DNA from: Mustelus asterias
Taxonomy: Eukaryota
NCBI RefSeq assembly: GCF_964213995.1
Contig: NC_135813.1
Location: forward strand, 72,912,001 to 72,976,000
Direction: 5' to 3'
Length of the DNA: 64,000 nucleotides
Below are positions 47,965 to 61,794 of the stretch, in pieces (the stretch's first letter is position 1; each line of letters starts with the position of its first letter). The translations under genes were made by a program, and so were the position numbers. The notes beneath the pieces are model-generated. The model did not search any database and was not told the DNA's origin. It was given only the letters and a program-made list of their open reading frames with translations.

Positions 47965-48301
47965 TCATAGAATCATAGAACATAGAAACCCTACAGTGCA
48001 GAAGGAGGCCATTCGGCCCATCGAGTCTGCACCGACCACAATCCCACCCAGGCCCTACCCCCACATATTTACCCGCTAATCCCTCTAACTACGCATCTCA
48101 GGGACAATTTGTAACCTGGCCAATCAACCTAACCCGCACATCTTTGGACTGTGGGAGGAAACCGGAGCACCCGGAGGAAACCCACGCAGACACGAGGAGA
48201 ATGTGCAAACTCCACACAGACAGTGACCCGAGCCGGGAATCGAACCCAGGACCCTGGAGCTGTGAAGCAGCAGTGCTAACCACTGTGCTACCATGCCGCC
48301 C
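47965..48301 (-). mobile_element. young HE1-type V-SINE (CpGs intact)
   Basis: A/B boxes, V-domain, tail. Confidence 0.92.
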
Positions 48302-49201
48302 TGAGCACGGTATGAGCAACAAACTTTCACATAAACTGAATCATCAGATGCAGATATTCCAGAGGTATGCATAAAGGTTCCGGTGATAGTTAGGCTGAGA
48401 TAGAGATGGTTGCTATAATGTAACCAATAATAGTATGCTGTGACGGTCAGTTGACCCAGTAGACAATGAACCAATGGCAAAGTGGTGTGGTGGTCAGCTG
48501 ACCAGCTGACCCGGTATAAATAGAAAGCAGATGGGGATTATGGGGTCCATGAGTTTCTTCATTAAACCTTTTCTTTGATTTACTTTGCCAGGTTAGTTCT
48601 TTTATTGCTTGTTACTGGAGTATCAAAGAAGAAAATTACAGCACGGGAACCGGCCCTTCGGCCCTCCAAGCCTGAACTGACCATACTACCCGTCTTGAAC
48701 TAAAACCCCCGGTGACAATATCCCTCTATTCCTATCCTATTCATGCATTTGTCAAGACAACCCTTAAAAGTCGATTGTTTGAAATAATATGATCCAATTC
48801 TCTCATTATCTCAGCTGGCCCTCACAGCATGCTATCATTGGTTATATTATAACGGATTCCCCCTTTTTCTTTCTTTCAAATTAATTTCAGGAAACCATTC
48901 TCTGTTACCAATGTTTATCCAGCAATAAGGATACTCCGGTAGCAAGCAATAAAATAACTAACTTCACAAAATAAATAATGGTGAGATATTATAGAGATCA
49001 AAGTTTACAATTATTGTCATGGAGAGTATATGGGTTAGAAGCACACCTGGGGTCAAATACGACACCAAGATTGCAAACGGCCTTGAGATAGTGGCTGGGA
49101 GGGGAATAGACTCACTGATGAGGAAACCACAATTTTTCAGCCGAATGTACAATCCTGATGATAAGAGCCAAATCCAGAACAAAAAAAAACAAATTACATT
49201 T

Positions 49202-49513
49202 GGCGGCACAGTGGTTAGCTCCGCTGCCTCACAGCGCCAGGGACCCAGGTTCAATTCCGGCCTCCACACTGACTGTGTGGAGTTTGCACGTTCTCCCCAT
49301 GTCTGCGTGGGTTTCCTCCGGGTGCTTCGGTTTCTGCCCACTGTCCAAAGATGTGCAGGTTAGGTTGTTTGGCCATGCTAAGTTGCCCATTAGTGTCAGG
49401 GAGATTAGCAGGGTAAATACATAGGGTTAGGGGGATAGGGCGCGGGTGGGATTGTTGTCAGTGCTGGCTTGATGGGCCGAATGGCCTCTTTCTGCACTCT
49501 AGTGATTCTATGA
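49202..49513 (+). mobile_element. HE1-type V-SINE
   Basis: A/B boxes, V-domain, tail. Confidence 0.9.
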
Positions 49514-50809
49514 TTTGCTTGATTTTCTGATGATTGTTTGAAATTTGATCCAATTCTCTTTTTGGTGCAAAGATTAACTGAACTTAACAAGAGAAGACAG
49601 TATCAGAAAAGCCTTACTTCCACTTACTGGAAAATGAATGCTCCATCAGTTGCTGCTGGTTTCACAGAGGCCAGAATAAAACAGGAAACATGTGTAGGAG
49701 CGGCTGCCAAGCGCTGCTTCCTTCAACATTGTTTGGTTAAAATGGGTGTTTTTCTTTTGAGCTGCTTTCCAGTAACGCGTACATAAAATGCTGAATAAAC
49801 ACTCAGTGCTGTGTTTCAACTTCAAAAGCTTGCTCATATGAAAGTGTACCTAATGGTTAAACTTGTTGACTGGATTTATTGACAAGAACTGGCTGTGTCA
49901 GTATACATGGTGTCAACATGGGTGAAGACTTTCCCCTTCGTTGCACAGGCCCAGCTGGACCAGTCCTTCCCATAGTGCAGATTATTGAGCTTCTTCACCT
50001 TTACTAAGCAGTGCACATTACAACGAATGGGTAGTTGCCCCACATGCTCCCCAGGATACGAGAAATTGCTTTATGGATTTTATTGATTGGGAGTTTTCAC
50101 AACACATTTACATGATGTTGACTTGATTTCCCTGCAAGCTGTCAATACAGTCCCTAGATCCTATTTGAACATCTGATCCCAGATCACTTGTTAAAAATGA
50201 ATCCTCAAAATCATATGCGCTTTTATGATGAGTTCATGTTTTAACAATCTAAACCGTTCCAAAATATTACCTTGGTCAGCAAGCCAAATCTTGGAGACCT
50301 GTTATTTCAATCAGGTATTGGACTAGATGAAAAACATAATAAATTAAAAGTTTTAGCAGCATATGTTAACAACTGAACTACATCTGTTCCTGATCATAGC
50401 ACAAAAATGCAATGCATCCAGACCAAGATGAGAAAGAATAATGGTATCCATCCAATAAAAGGTTTCCAATTCTGTAAACTGGTGTTAATTTAATGGTTTT
50501 CGAGAATCACAATCCCAAACAGCATGAATTAGTTACTGCGAATCGTATTCCCGCCCCTTCTCTCACTGGACGGCAAGAAAAGCAGAGTGCAATATGCAGT
50601 GAAACCCATTTTGTCCAATATTCTGCAGCCATGGTTAGGAAATGAATGGAGAAGAAGATACATTAAACTTCCAGAGGGATATAGGGGAAGGAAAGTGGGC
50701 TGCAAGTGTCCCTCAGGCTGGTTTCTCGACTGTTTATAATCTTGGTTTGGTGGATGTCCTTTGAACTCCAAGGTCAATTCTAGACTTTAATTTATTTTTC
50801 CAACACTTA

Positions 50810-51225
50810 GGGCTCTATTTTACCAAAACTTTGTGCCCGTTTTCAGGCGCGGAATTGTGGCAAAGTTGGGCGTCGGGCCTATACCGCGATCTGCACGCGA
50901 TTCCGAGCAGATCGTGGCTTTACCGACACCTGATTCGGGCACGGGTCCGGCCCACACCCGAATCGGGCGGCCCGATGATTTAAATGCATTTGCATGCATT
51001 TAAATCGACTTAATGAACCGCGCGCCCAACTCTACCGCCAAATCCCACTTTACCGTCTTCTGGTCCGATGCGGATCCGCGCTCTAATCGACCTGCCGAAT
51101 AAAAATCCGCCGCTGCAGCCTCCGAAGAGCGGGGTCAGAGACTGCAACGGCTCTCTGACCCAGCTCCTCCTCTGGGGGATGGAGGGGGGTGGTGGGAGGA
51201 GAGGGGGTGTGACGTATCATCCTCT

Positions 51226-51257
<32 letters not shown>

Positions 51258-51940
51258 GGAGAGGGGGTGTGACCGATCATCCCCGGGGGTGGGGGTGGGG
51301 GGGGGGAGAGGAGGGGGTGTGACTGATCATCCCCTGGGGTGGGGGGTTGGGTGGGAGGAGAGGGGGTGTGATGTATCATCCTCTGTGGGGGGGGGGAGGT
51401 GCGTTCCGCTGCAGTGAATAATGACAGTCGTGGTGTTTGAAGTATGCGGCCTCTCCGGAGAGGAGGGATTCGTTCCTCCGGTGGGGAGGAGGGATCGGCC
51501 ACAGAGTGGCAGTGGAACCTCCTGCCCCCTCCCTCCCCACCGATCAGCCGCAGAGTGGCAGCGGAACCCCCTGCCCCCTCCCTCCGCACCGATTGGCCAC
51601 AGAGTGGCAGCGGTCCCCCCCCCAGGGGATGATCAGTCACACCCCCTCCCCAGCCCCCCCCTCCCCCTCCCCCCCCCCCCCCGCCCAGATGGTCTGTGTC
51701 AGAGAGCCGCTCTCTCTGCTTTTTTCTTTTGCGCCCGGGCGCGCTGCTTCAGATCTTTTTCGAACTGCGCATGCGCAGTTCAGAGCTCCGATCGTTCCGG
51801 CAGCGCTAAGCCCCGCCCACAGCGTGAATCGGACCGGAGCCGGCAAAACGCGTATGGATGCGCTGGAAAGAGGATTCCGGGCTCGGATCTGTATTACGCC
51901 CGGATCCTGCCCTTAGGCTCCGATTGCTAAAATTGGGCCC
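50810..51940. mobile_element. young 1.13-kb CpG-rich non-autonomous PIF/Harbinger-like element
   Basis: TIRs GGGCTCTATTTTACCA / TGCTAAAATTGGGCCC; TSD TTA (50807-50809, 51941-51943); internal G-rich tandem repeats. Confidence 0.88.
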
Positions 51941-51943
51941 TTA

Positions 51944-52245
51944 ATGTTTATTTAGTAGCCACAAGTAGGCTTACATTAACGCTGCAATTAAGTTACTGTT
52001 AAAATTCCCTCGTCGCCACACTCCGGCGCCTGTTCGGATACACTGAGGGAGAATTTAGCATGGGCAATGCTCCTAAAAAGCATGTCTTTCGGACTGTGGG
52101 AGGAAACTAGAGCACCCGGAGGAAACCCACACAGACACGGGGAGAGCGAGCAGACTTCACACAGACAATGCCCCAAGCCGGGAATTGAACCCATATCCCT
52201 GGCGCTGTGAGGCAGCAGTGCTAACCACTGTGCCACCATGCCGCC
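51944..52245 (-). mobile_element. HE1-derived SINE with Rex1-like tail
   Basis: same structure as 14768-15060. Confidence 0.85.
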
Positions 52246-52569
52246 ACAACAATGCTTTCACATCATATAGTCGATATTTTTCCAAAAAGTAAACTCGTTG
52301 AAATGCTTAATACGGCTCTTGTGTCATGGAACTGATGCCAACCATAGCTTGATAGGAACAAAGAACTCACTTGGTTATATGAGTAGTGAAACAAAAGAAT
52401 AAAGTTATTATTCTCAGAAGATTGATGATTTCCTCACCTACGTCTTTTAGATATTTAGCAGTCTCTCTCTGGGGAGCTCCACAGCATGTTTGCCTCTGGC
52501 TGGTTGATGAGGGATTGTTAAATCACAATATTAAATTTATATTAATGAGAAGGAAGACTGGAATATTAC

Positions 52570-52687
52570 GGGTGGGATTCTCCTGCCGCACTCAGCTCAA
52601 AGCCGGAGAATCCCGCCCGAGGTCAATGATCCGTCCCCCCCCACCCGTTACAATTTCTGTCGCGGGCAGGATAGGAGAACTCTGGCC
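52570..52687. mobile_element. 118-bp Harbinger-like MITE
   Basis: TIRs GGGTGGGATTCTCCT / AGGAGAACTCTGGCC; TSD TAC (52567-52569, 52688-52690). Confidence 0.8.
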
Positions 52688-52789
52688 TACATGTTTGATT
52701 TACATGCTAAATGGCACTGTCACTAATCTAATCAGGTCTAATTATCATTTCTCTATGCTTTCCCCACATTATTTAATATTTTTCCTTTT

Positions 52790-53080
52790 TGAACATAGCA
52801 ACATTAGAATTAGGAGCAGAAGTTGGCAAATTCAGCCTTTCGAGCCTGCTCTGCCATTCAATCAGATCATGGCTGATCTCCTTCTCGTCTCAAATCCATC
52901 TCCTTACCTGTTCCCCATATCTCTTTAACCCGTTTTTATCAAAAATATATCTATCTCCTTCTTGAAACCATTTAATGATTCAGACTTCACCGCGCTATGG
53001 GGCAACGAGTTCCACAAATTCACCACCCTTCGCGGGTAATTCCTCCTCATCTCAGTTTTAAATCTACTGCCTCTCAATTT
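52790..53080 (-). mobile_element. CR1 3' fragment
   Basis: KLRGSRFKTEMRRNY...VVNLWNSLP. Confidence 0.85.
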
Positions 53081-53364
53081 ATTAAAGAAATCTCTCCTTG
53101 GCCTGATTAGGCTGGAGGAGGCGGGGAGCTGTGAAGATACTTCATGTATCCGAGTGAAGGTTCCAACATGGCTGCAGAGATATTCAGAAAATCTACAAAC
53201 AACAAGGTTTAAGGACATAAACATCGTGACAGGGTGTCTGAATTCCAGCGCCTGTCTCTTGTTGAAATATTTTAAATTATGGTCATATCTAAAACTCTTA
53301 CACATTCAAAAACCTTAAAAAGAATTGTCTTCATGGACATGTGCTATCAAACACTTGCTACAAT

Positions 53365-53730
53365 GTAAGCCTTACAGGGCTGGACAGACTGGATACAGGG
53401 ATGTTGTTTCCTCTGGCTGGGAGGGTCTAGAACAAGGGGTCACAGGCTCAGGATACTGGGTAGGTCGAGTAGGACTGAGACTACAAGAAATGCATTCCCT
53501 CAGAGGGTGGCGAGCATGTGGAATGCTCGATCACAGAAAGCTGTGGAGACCAAGACACTGAATGCATTTAAGAAAAAAATAGATAATTGCAAGATACCAA
53601 AGGCATCAAGGGGTATGGGGATAGAGCGGGAGTATGGAGTTGAGATAGAGGATCAGTCATGATCACATTGAATGGTGGAGCAGACTCGATGGGCCGAATG
53701 GCCTACTGTTGTTCCTACTTTCTATGTTTC
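53365..53730 (+). mobile_element. CR1 3' fragment
   Basis: TCTAGAACAAGGGGTCACAG...CTCAGAGGGTGG...TTTCTATG tail. Confidence 0.8.
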
Positions 53731-53829
53731 TAAATGCTTTCTTGCCTTAATTGCAGATCAATTGTGCCTTTCCAAGAAAAAACAAATTAGTTTTTAATGA
53801 AGTCCTTGCACTTAATTGGAATCCCAGGT

Positions 53830-54107
53830 TGATGCGCGATTGATTCACACGGGAGGCTAGGACGTACCCGGGAATAAAGGCTTTTATTCACAACAAGATT
53901 GGAGCACACTACTTAACAAGATTATCCCAGACTAAGGGCTACTAGGAAGTAGCAGTGACCTTTATACTCCTGTAAGAAGGCGGAGCCGAACGGAGTGTAC
54001 CACATAAACAATAATAACAGGTCGAACACCCAAACCCTAACCCCAACAGTAACAAGAGTAACATATGTACAAGTACCCATAGTGGTAACCATCTATGGTT
54101 CACCACA
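53830..54107 (-). mobile_element. 278-bp solo LTR
   Basis: TG...CA termini, perfect 5-bp TSD CAGGT (53825-53829, 54108-54112), minus-strand TATAAA (~53965) and AATAAA (~53885). Confidence 0.85.
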
Positions 54108-54611
54108 CAGGTTATATGTTTGTCTTCCAATATTTAGCAGTCACCCGAATGAATTTTATTCCTTTTCTTAACTGAAGGTCAGCAGCTGTCTATTCTTCCA
54201 TTTACATCGCTGGTCACTGCTTGCTGTTTGTTGACTGTAGTTAACTGCTTCCTGAGTTAAACTGCTATTGAATGACTGTTCATTTTGGTATGCTGGCTGC
54301 AACTTATTAGTTTACAGCTTGCTATCAGAAAGTCGTTGAGTCTGCTTGCTGGTTAATGGTTTATCGTCGTGTTTTCTTTTTTGTTATTGCTTGTTACTCA
54401 TTTGGTATTTTATGGGCTGTATTTTTTTTGCCAGCTGGTGATTGTTACAGATCTCCGCTGCCTAATATACGCCATGACTGAGAGACAATGCTTGTTGCTG
54501 ACCACTGCTCACTGACCACAGCTGGCTAGCTGCTATCGATGGTTGTTACTTTCCTGTCGATGTTTGGTAGTTGATGCGCACCACTATTTGCTGCTGCTGG
54601 TTTCTCCCAAG

Positions 54612-54935
54612 TGATGGCATCACAGACAATGAATTCACAAATAAATTACATTTAATTATGCAAAGCTAAACTTACAACCGTAATATCTAAACAAAAGCTT
54701 TTTAACTAAATGTAGTAACTTAGCTCCACCAGTGAAGGACAAACTATTTTATTTATGAACAACAACTATTTCAAGGTTGGTGCAGATTCAATGCTTCCAG
54801 ACATTACTGGAAGATCTAACTGCTGGGACAAGCCCAGACAAGTTAGAGTGAAGCCCCAACTCACTTCCTGATTGGTCAGTCTGGCTCATGTGACTCTTTC
54901 AGAAGATTGCCCCCTTAGAGGGATCAGACACTACA
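54612..54935. mobile_element. 324-bp solo LTR candidate
   Basis: TG...CA termini, near-TSD CCAAG / CTAAG. Confidence 0.6.
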
Positions 54936-55706
54936 CTAAGTACTAAGGAACATGTCATATCATAAGGGTTTCATTATAAGACTGTATTAATAAATGTTTT
55001 CAACATCTCTGATTTTTAAAATGTGAAATATGTCAGTCGTGCCTCTTATGGCATTAGGTGCTGGATTATTTTGATAGAAATATTTCTTGACACAATGAAA
55101 ATGATAGCTGAAAGTTTTCTTTACGAAGGTGGTACCTTCTTAAGCTCTGCACACAAGTGTGGGAGTATGGCTCACACTTTCGCTACTGAGAAGGGTAGCT
55201 TGAGTCAAGAAATTTCCCTGCTCACCCTAAGTGCCCCGAATAGCACTACCTTCACTCGTGGGGACAGGTTGGACACAGCATGGAGTCAGGGGTCCCCACC
55301 CTCAGAAACAGATGAGAGACACCCAAGGCTGGTTAAAAGGTGCACCTTGGTCCTCTGGGTCTTTGTCCCAGTTTTTGGTTATGTTTCATGCCCTGCGGCC
55401 CAGTGTAATGAATTATTCAAAATTTGTTAACTAATGCCATTCCAATTTGTTGGTCTGAGTTACCAAAAGCATCGGCAAGCAAAGTAGCATTTAAGAAGTT
55501 TGCAATATTCTATTACGATATGTAAAATTTCATTTTAAATTCATCTGGCTTGGGGGCCAATAGGGGTAAATCTTCTGGTCCCATCTCCGTGGGAATTGTC
55601 ACAGGCGGGACGGAAAATTTGACAGACTATTTAAGGGTCCATTGACCTCGAGCAAGAATTTCCAGTCTCGGAATAGGTGTTATCCGAAATTCTCATCCAA
55701 GTGGTT

Positions 55707-56106
55707 GGGAGACATGGTGACACAATGGTTAGCACTGCTGTCTCACAGCACCGGGGATCTGGGTTCAATTCCAGTCTTCGGTCATTGTCTGTGTGGAGTT
55801 TGCATGTTCTCCCCGTGTCTGCGTGGGTTTCCTCCGGATGCTCTGGTTTCCTCCCACAGTCCAAAGCAGGTTAGATGGACTGGCCATGCTAAATTTCCCC
55901 TTAGTGTCCCAAGGCACGCAGGTTAGGGGGATTAGCCATGTTAAATTGCCCCTTAGTGTCCCAAAATGTGCAGGTTAGGGGGTTTAATGAGGTAAATACG
56001 TGGCGTTATGAGGTTAGGACACGTGTGGGCCTGGGTCAGAGAGTCAGTGCAGACTCAAAGGGCTGAATGGCCTCCTTCTGCACTGTAGTAAATGTGTGAT
56101 TCTATG
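55707..56106 (+). mobile_element. HE1-type V-SINE with an internal duplication
   Basis: A/B boxes, V-domain, repeated GCAGGTTAG...CCCCTTAGTGTCCCAA unit. Confidence 0.88.
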
Positions 56107-56513
56107 AGTTAGTTTTTAAAGAGCAGTTCACAGACGGGCAGCTTTCAGGCCAAGCATGGAAAGCATTTGCTGGCCCCCAAGGGTTTTTTAAACTTCTGGG
56201 CCTTATGCAAATGTCACCAATCCACTTCTCACTCAGGCTGGAAGGGGATGTAAACTGGTTGCTGGCAGGGGAAGATTTGGCAGCGCTTGTATGTCTACCA
56301 GTTGGTGGGTAATTGGTAGTGGAGGAAGTTTGGAGGAGTTCAAACAGACTCTGATTAGAAACCCCATGAGGGTCCCAATGACTTTTCAATCACTGCAAAG
56401 ATAATCCTAGCCAATTTTGACCCTGAGCTGGCCTGATATGTAAGAGAACTTTTTCCTTCTCTTCCTGCAGATCAGGAATAAGGAGTCTTATTGTCCCCCT
56501 GTAACAAATTCAG

Positions 56514-56816
56514 TTTTAAATTTATTTATTAGTGCAACAAGTAGGCTTACATTAACACTGCAATAAAGTTACTGTCAAAATCCCCTCATCGCCACACTCC
56601 GGTGCCTGTTCAGGTACACTGAGGGAGAATTTAGCACAGCCAATGCACCGAGCCAGCACATCTTTTGGTCTGTGAGAGGAAACCGGTGCATCCGGAGGAA
56701 ACCCACACTGACACAGGGAATGTGCAGCCTCCACACAGACAGTGACCCAAGTCGGGAATCGAACCCAGGTTCCTGGTGCTGTGAGGCAGCAGTGCTAATC
56801 ACCGTGCCGCCGTGCC
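56514..56816 (-). mobile_element. HE1-derived SINE with Rex1-like tail
   Basis: same structure as 14768-15060. Confidence 0.85.
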
Positions 56817-57284
56817 ATCCATATACAGCACAGGCCAAGGGTGCAATTTAGAAAATCATGGGCTGGAAACTAAGTTTCACGCTTGACATTTATCAATGGA
56901 GACACTGAAAAAGCCACAATAGTTTTTATTGGGTAAACAATGTTGCCAACTTCAGATGCAAGCTGGAAACTTTGCAGATTTGAAATGTGGCTTCTTTACT
57001 CTTGTGTTAGCCTATGTAAATGAATATGCAAAGCAATGAGTAAATCTGCATTTCAATGTATCTATCCCGCTCCGTTTCAACATGTACCCCCTTTTTTATA
57101 AAAAGACCATCTGCCTTTCATCTTGTTGCTTATAATGAATATAAATAATTTATTTAAGATAAGTAGCTGGAGCTGGCCCCAGCTGGAGCCATTTGATTTC
57201 AAGATGTTCTGATGATCAATACCTGTTGCAGGGAATCATAAGTTGTTCTCGCAACCAGTTGTTCCTGCTCAGCTCCGAATCTCT

Positions 57285-57675
57285 GCAGCTGGTGGAATTT
57301 GAATTCCATCAATAAATCTGGAACACAAAGCTTGGCTCAGTAATGGTGACCATGATAGCAATCCTTGATTGACATTAAAAAATCATCTGGTTCACCGGTG
57401 TCCTTTAGGGAAGGAAATCTGCCGTCCTTACCCGGTCTGGCCTATATGGGACTCCAGACCCCACAACAATGTGATTGGCTCTGAAACTCGCAGTAAGTTA
57501 AGTTTAAGTTTATTTATTAGTGTCAGAAGTAGGCCTACATTAACACTGCAATGAAGTTACTGCGAAAATCCCCTAGTCACCACACTCCAGTGCCTGTTTG
57601 GGAGTTTTAGGGCAATTAGCGATGGGCAACAAATGTTGCCATTGCTAGCAATGCCCATATCCCATGAAGAAAGAA
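57285..57675 (+). mobile_element. second-family SINE interrupted by an inverted Rex1-like SINE tail (57496-57600)
   Basis: CCTTTAGGGAAGGAAATCTGCCGTCCTTACC core. Confidence 0.72.
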
Positions 57676-59524
57676 AAAATAATAATTGGTGAATTAGAAT
57701 GCAGCGCTTATTTGGTTCCAAATGGAAGTAAAAGGCCAAAAAATGCTTTGTGTAAGCATTCTGTACAGTGTTTACTGACAGTATGTCCATTTTGATCGTA
57801 ATCACTTGTTTTTTGAGAGCCCATTGAGACTGTGGTTCCAGACTGTCAAAAATAAATGCTAGTCGAGCCTTGAATATACCAAGGTAATGGTATATATGTA
57901 ATAAAGATAACACCATGAGCCATCATTTATTTACCAGGCAATCGATCACTTCGAACAGCAGTTTATTTGAAGAATACACTTGTTACAAGCAAAAATAAAT
58001 CACCTTGCTGATAAAAGTATGTTTTATCCAGTTATACATTTTCATTTATTTTCTCTTTCTTCATGTCTCTGCCTCTCTGTCCATTTATTTAACTCTCGGT
58101 AATGTTTCCTTTGAGACACCTACGTTTTAAATAACCCATGCAAGTGAGTGCTTTACAAAAGCAAGCTGTGAGTGCGATAATGTCAAGATATTTCTTCAGC
58201 GATGATTTCAGGGGCATGATATTTTTTGCATTGGACTGTTGGCCTCAGACCCACTATTCACAAGAAGAAAAAATAAATAATGCAGCTATCTCTGATAAAT
58301 TTCCAGTCTTTGATCTCGTTCTCTTCTCTGCACTGATTTATACAACAGTAAATGCTGAACCCTCTGTCGTATCACTGATGAATTGGCAATTCTTGTCCTC
58401 TCGAATCTGGGGTTTGTCTGCATAGAAGCCACATTCTTGCGGTTGTGAGTAGTCTTTGGAGACAACGAGATGAAGGATGAAGGAGCAATCACCTTATGCG
58501 TTTTTGAACTTTATGAAGTAAATACAGGCAGTCTCTAAACAAAGAATCTGACTGTAACTTTTATGGCCAGCCCTGAATGAATGCATAAGGTTACTGAAAG
58601 AAGTGAAAATGTATTTTCTCCCAAAGTACTTGAGTGTGATAACCTTTTGCCTTCATTTATACCCTGTAAAATTCTGACCTCTTTTGTTTCAAAAGATTCT
58701 GCTGCGCTTTGTGCACAATAGCTTACTGGAAAGTTTGAGGACTTGACAACTCTATTAATTAGCACATTTGAAAGTGATGTTCAGTCCCTATCAATACCTG
58801 TGCACATTACGCTGAAAAATGCTGCCGCTGAAAGAAGACATTGTCAGCAATGATCTTACAAAATCCAGCACCTGCCATTTTGCCGGGGTTCTGCGGGAGG
58901 TTAATGTCAACTGAAATGCTCACAGCAGCTGCGGTCAAAAATGAATCACTTTCATCTCGTCATTTATTTTTCTTTTGGACTCTCATTCAAAGTGCTCCGT
59001 GTAATTCCTCATTGCTGGCAAACATTACAAATCATGTCTGTCCTTGATAGGGGCAACTGGTGCGCTCAAATGGTATGGCCCTGCAGTTGTGGTACATATG
59101 CTGTTGTCACATGACATCCTGTCTGCTTTCCTCTGTTAAAAACTATGACATTGCGCCATCTAGTTGCAGACGCACATCAGCTGTGCTGTTAAATGTTGAC
59201 AGGAATAAAAAAATAGCAATTCAAAGATTTTGATCTGTGCTGAATTGCTGACAATTATACAGTTTATTCTATACCTCCGTGGCTATAAGGTGTACCCTGG
59301 CTACCAGTCATTCAAAATACGGTGGCCCATATTCTCACTTCCACTAAAATCTGCCTCTTTATCATCCTTATTCATGGCAGGCTCCACTGACTGCCCCGAG
59401 TCCACAGTGTTTACTCAGACATATTTGTTCGCCTTTTGTAAATCTCTCTCTATCTTTCATTCACTCAAGCCCTGCATCCCTCAGTCCTCTGAATTTCTGT
59501 GCCATTGCCTTCGCTCCTGCATTC

Positions 59525-59836
59525 ACACGGTGGCACAATGGTTAGCACTGCTGCCTCTCAGCGCCAGCAACACAATTACAGCCTCGGGTGACTGTGGAGT
59601 TTGCACATTCTCCTTGCGTGGTCTTCTTCTGGGTGTTCCAGTTTCCTCCCACAGTCCAAAGATGTGCGGGCTAGGTTGATTGGCCATGCTAAAGTGCCCC
59701 TTAGTGTCAGGGGGATTAGCAGGGTAAATATATGGTAAATACGTGGGGATTGGGCCTGGGTGGGATTGTTGTCAGTGCAGGCTTGATAGGCTGAATAGCC
59801 TTCCTCTGCACTGTAGGAATTTTATGATTCTATGAT
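59525..59836 (+). mobile_element. HE1-type V-SINE
   Basis: box A, V-domain, tail. Confidence 0.85.
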
Positions 59837-60194
59837 TCAATGATTCCCCCAGCATTTGAACACTTGCTCACTTAACATTTCAGTCTTGCCCAGCTTCTTA
59901 AATGCCTTTAAATGAATTCTGTTTTATATTCTTTCCATTTAATATGCCTTTGCCCCTTCCTGGTCCTCCTTGAATTGTACCATGAAGAAGGAGATCACTC
60001 AACCTGTGTTAAATCTCTGAAAGACCAAGGACTGTATTTTATGTTCCCCTGCCGGGTGTGTTTTCCACAAGGGGTGGGGGAGGGACATGTAAAATAGGGA
60101 AGGCTACCTTTTAACTCACCCATCAGCTCACCCCAATAATACAAGGTGTGGACGGGCATTGGAATCGGCAGCCTACCTGCAATCAACACCTTGT

Positions 60195-61020
60195 GGTGCC
60201 GGGACATAGCAACACTGGCAAATTTCTGCTCCCTGGACCTAGAATACCTTACCCTAAAATGCTGCCCTACTACCTTCCACGGGAATTCACCTCTGTTATC
60301 CTGACAACAGTTTACATCCCACCCCATGCGGACGTGAAGACCATGCTGGACGAAATATACACCACCACACATAGCCTTGTTCATCATGGCCGGGGATTCC
60401 AATCAGGTCAAGCTCAAGAACATTCTGTCAAGATACCACCAATACATCTCCTATTCCACCAGAGGCCTAGACCACTGCTACACAAATATCAAACATGCCT
60501 ACTGCTCTATCGCCCGCCCACACTTTGGCAAATCAGACCATTGGGCTGTGCTCCTGCTCCCAGCTTACAAGCAAAAACTGAAACGGAAGAATCGCTAAAG
60601 AAAGTCGTGCAATGTTGGTCTGAGGAATCGGATGACCTCCTACGGGACTGCTTAGAGTCAGTGGACTGGTCAGTATTTAAAAACTCTGAGACCAGCCTGA
60701 ACGAGGATGCCAAGTGGTGTAACTTGACTTCATTAGTAAGTGTGTAGAAGATTGTGTTCCAAAGAAGCAAATCTGTGTGTTTCCCAACTGGAAACTATGG
60801 ATGAACAGGGATATCCACTGCTTGCTGAAGTCCAAGTCTGAGTTGTTCAAGTCAGATGACCATGACCTATACAAGAAAGCCAGATACGATCTACGAAGAT
60901 CCATCAAATATGCCAAAAGACAGCACCGGACCAAGCTAGAGTCCTAGGCTAGTCACACAGACTCCCGCCGACTATGGCAAGGTCTGCAAGACATAACAGG
61001 CTACAAGATGAAGGCATCTA
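60195..61020 (+). mobile_element. Rex1/Babar LINE endonuclease-region fragment (frameshifted)
   Basis: PYYLPREFTSVILTTVYIPP, AGDSN, LDHCYTNI, PHFGKSDH, LRDCLESVDW. Confidence 0.85.
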
Positions 61021-61059
61021 AAAGTAAAATGTCTATGAACTGAAGCTTACACATGGTAT

Positions 61060-61550
61060 TCCATATCTCAGGAAAGATATACTGGCATTGGAGGCAGTCC
61101 AGAGATGATTTGCTAAGTTGATCCTGGGTATCAAGGGATTTTTTCATGAGCAGAGGTTGAGTAATTTGGGCCTGTACTCACTGGAGTTTAGAAGAATGAG
61201 AGGCAACCTTATTGAGACATATACGATTCTCAGGGGGCTTGACAGGGTAGATGCTGAGAGGTTGTTTCCCCTTGTGGGAGAATATAGGACCAGAGGGCAC
61301 AATCTCAGAATAATTTAAGTCAGGTGCGAGGAGGAATTTCTTTTCTCAGAGGACACTGAATCTGTGGAATTCTTTACCAGAGGGCTGCAAAGGCTGGGTC
61401 ATTAAACATGTATAAGATTGAGATAGACAGATTTTTAATCAGCAAGGGAATTAAGAGTTATGGGATAAGGCGAGAATGTGGAGTTGAAGATTATTATATC
61501 AGATCAAGAGTTTAAAACTCATAATCTCATCTCTATGTTTTATGGTCTTA
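61060..61550 (+). mobile_element. CR1 3' fragment
   Basis: LGLYSLEFRRMRGNLIETY. Confidence 0.88.
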
Positions 61551-61794
61551 GTGAATAAATCTGAGCCATGCTCATTTTAATGCATCCTATATTCCATCCT
61601 TGGTTTGTGCTGAATGAATTGATCTCAGTCATGGTTTTGCACCCCTGGGTTAGAAAGTAAAAAGTGGTCCCTGTTGCTGGCATTGATTACCATCCAGAGA
61701 TTGCGGAAGAATTCCATGGACATAGATTGAGGACGGGGCCAGGCTTGGCTGTACTGCCCTCCATGTTGAAAGAGACTGCCAACAATCATTCTCA

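Noticed and set aside
48390-48625. Possible solo LTR with TATAAA and ATTAAA
   Set aside because: Could not define TG...CA termini or a TSD.
51226-51257. Very long poly-G run (also poly-C at 980-1002)
   Set aside because: Homopolymer inside a repeat; its length is unreliable in assemblies.
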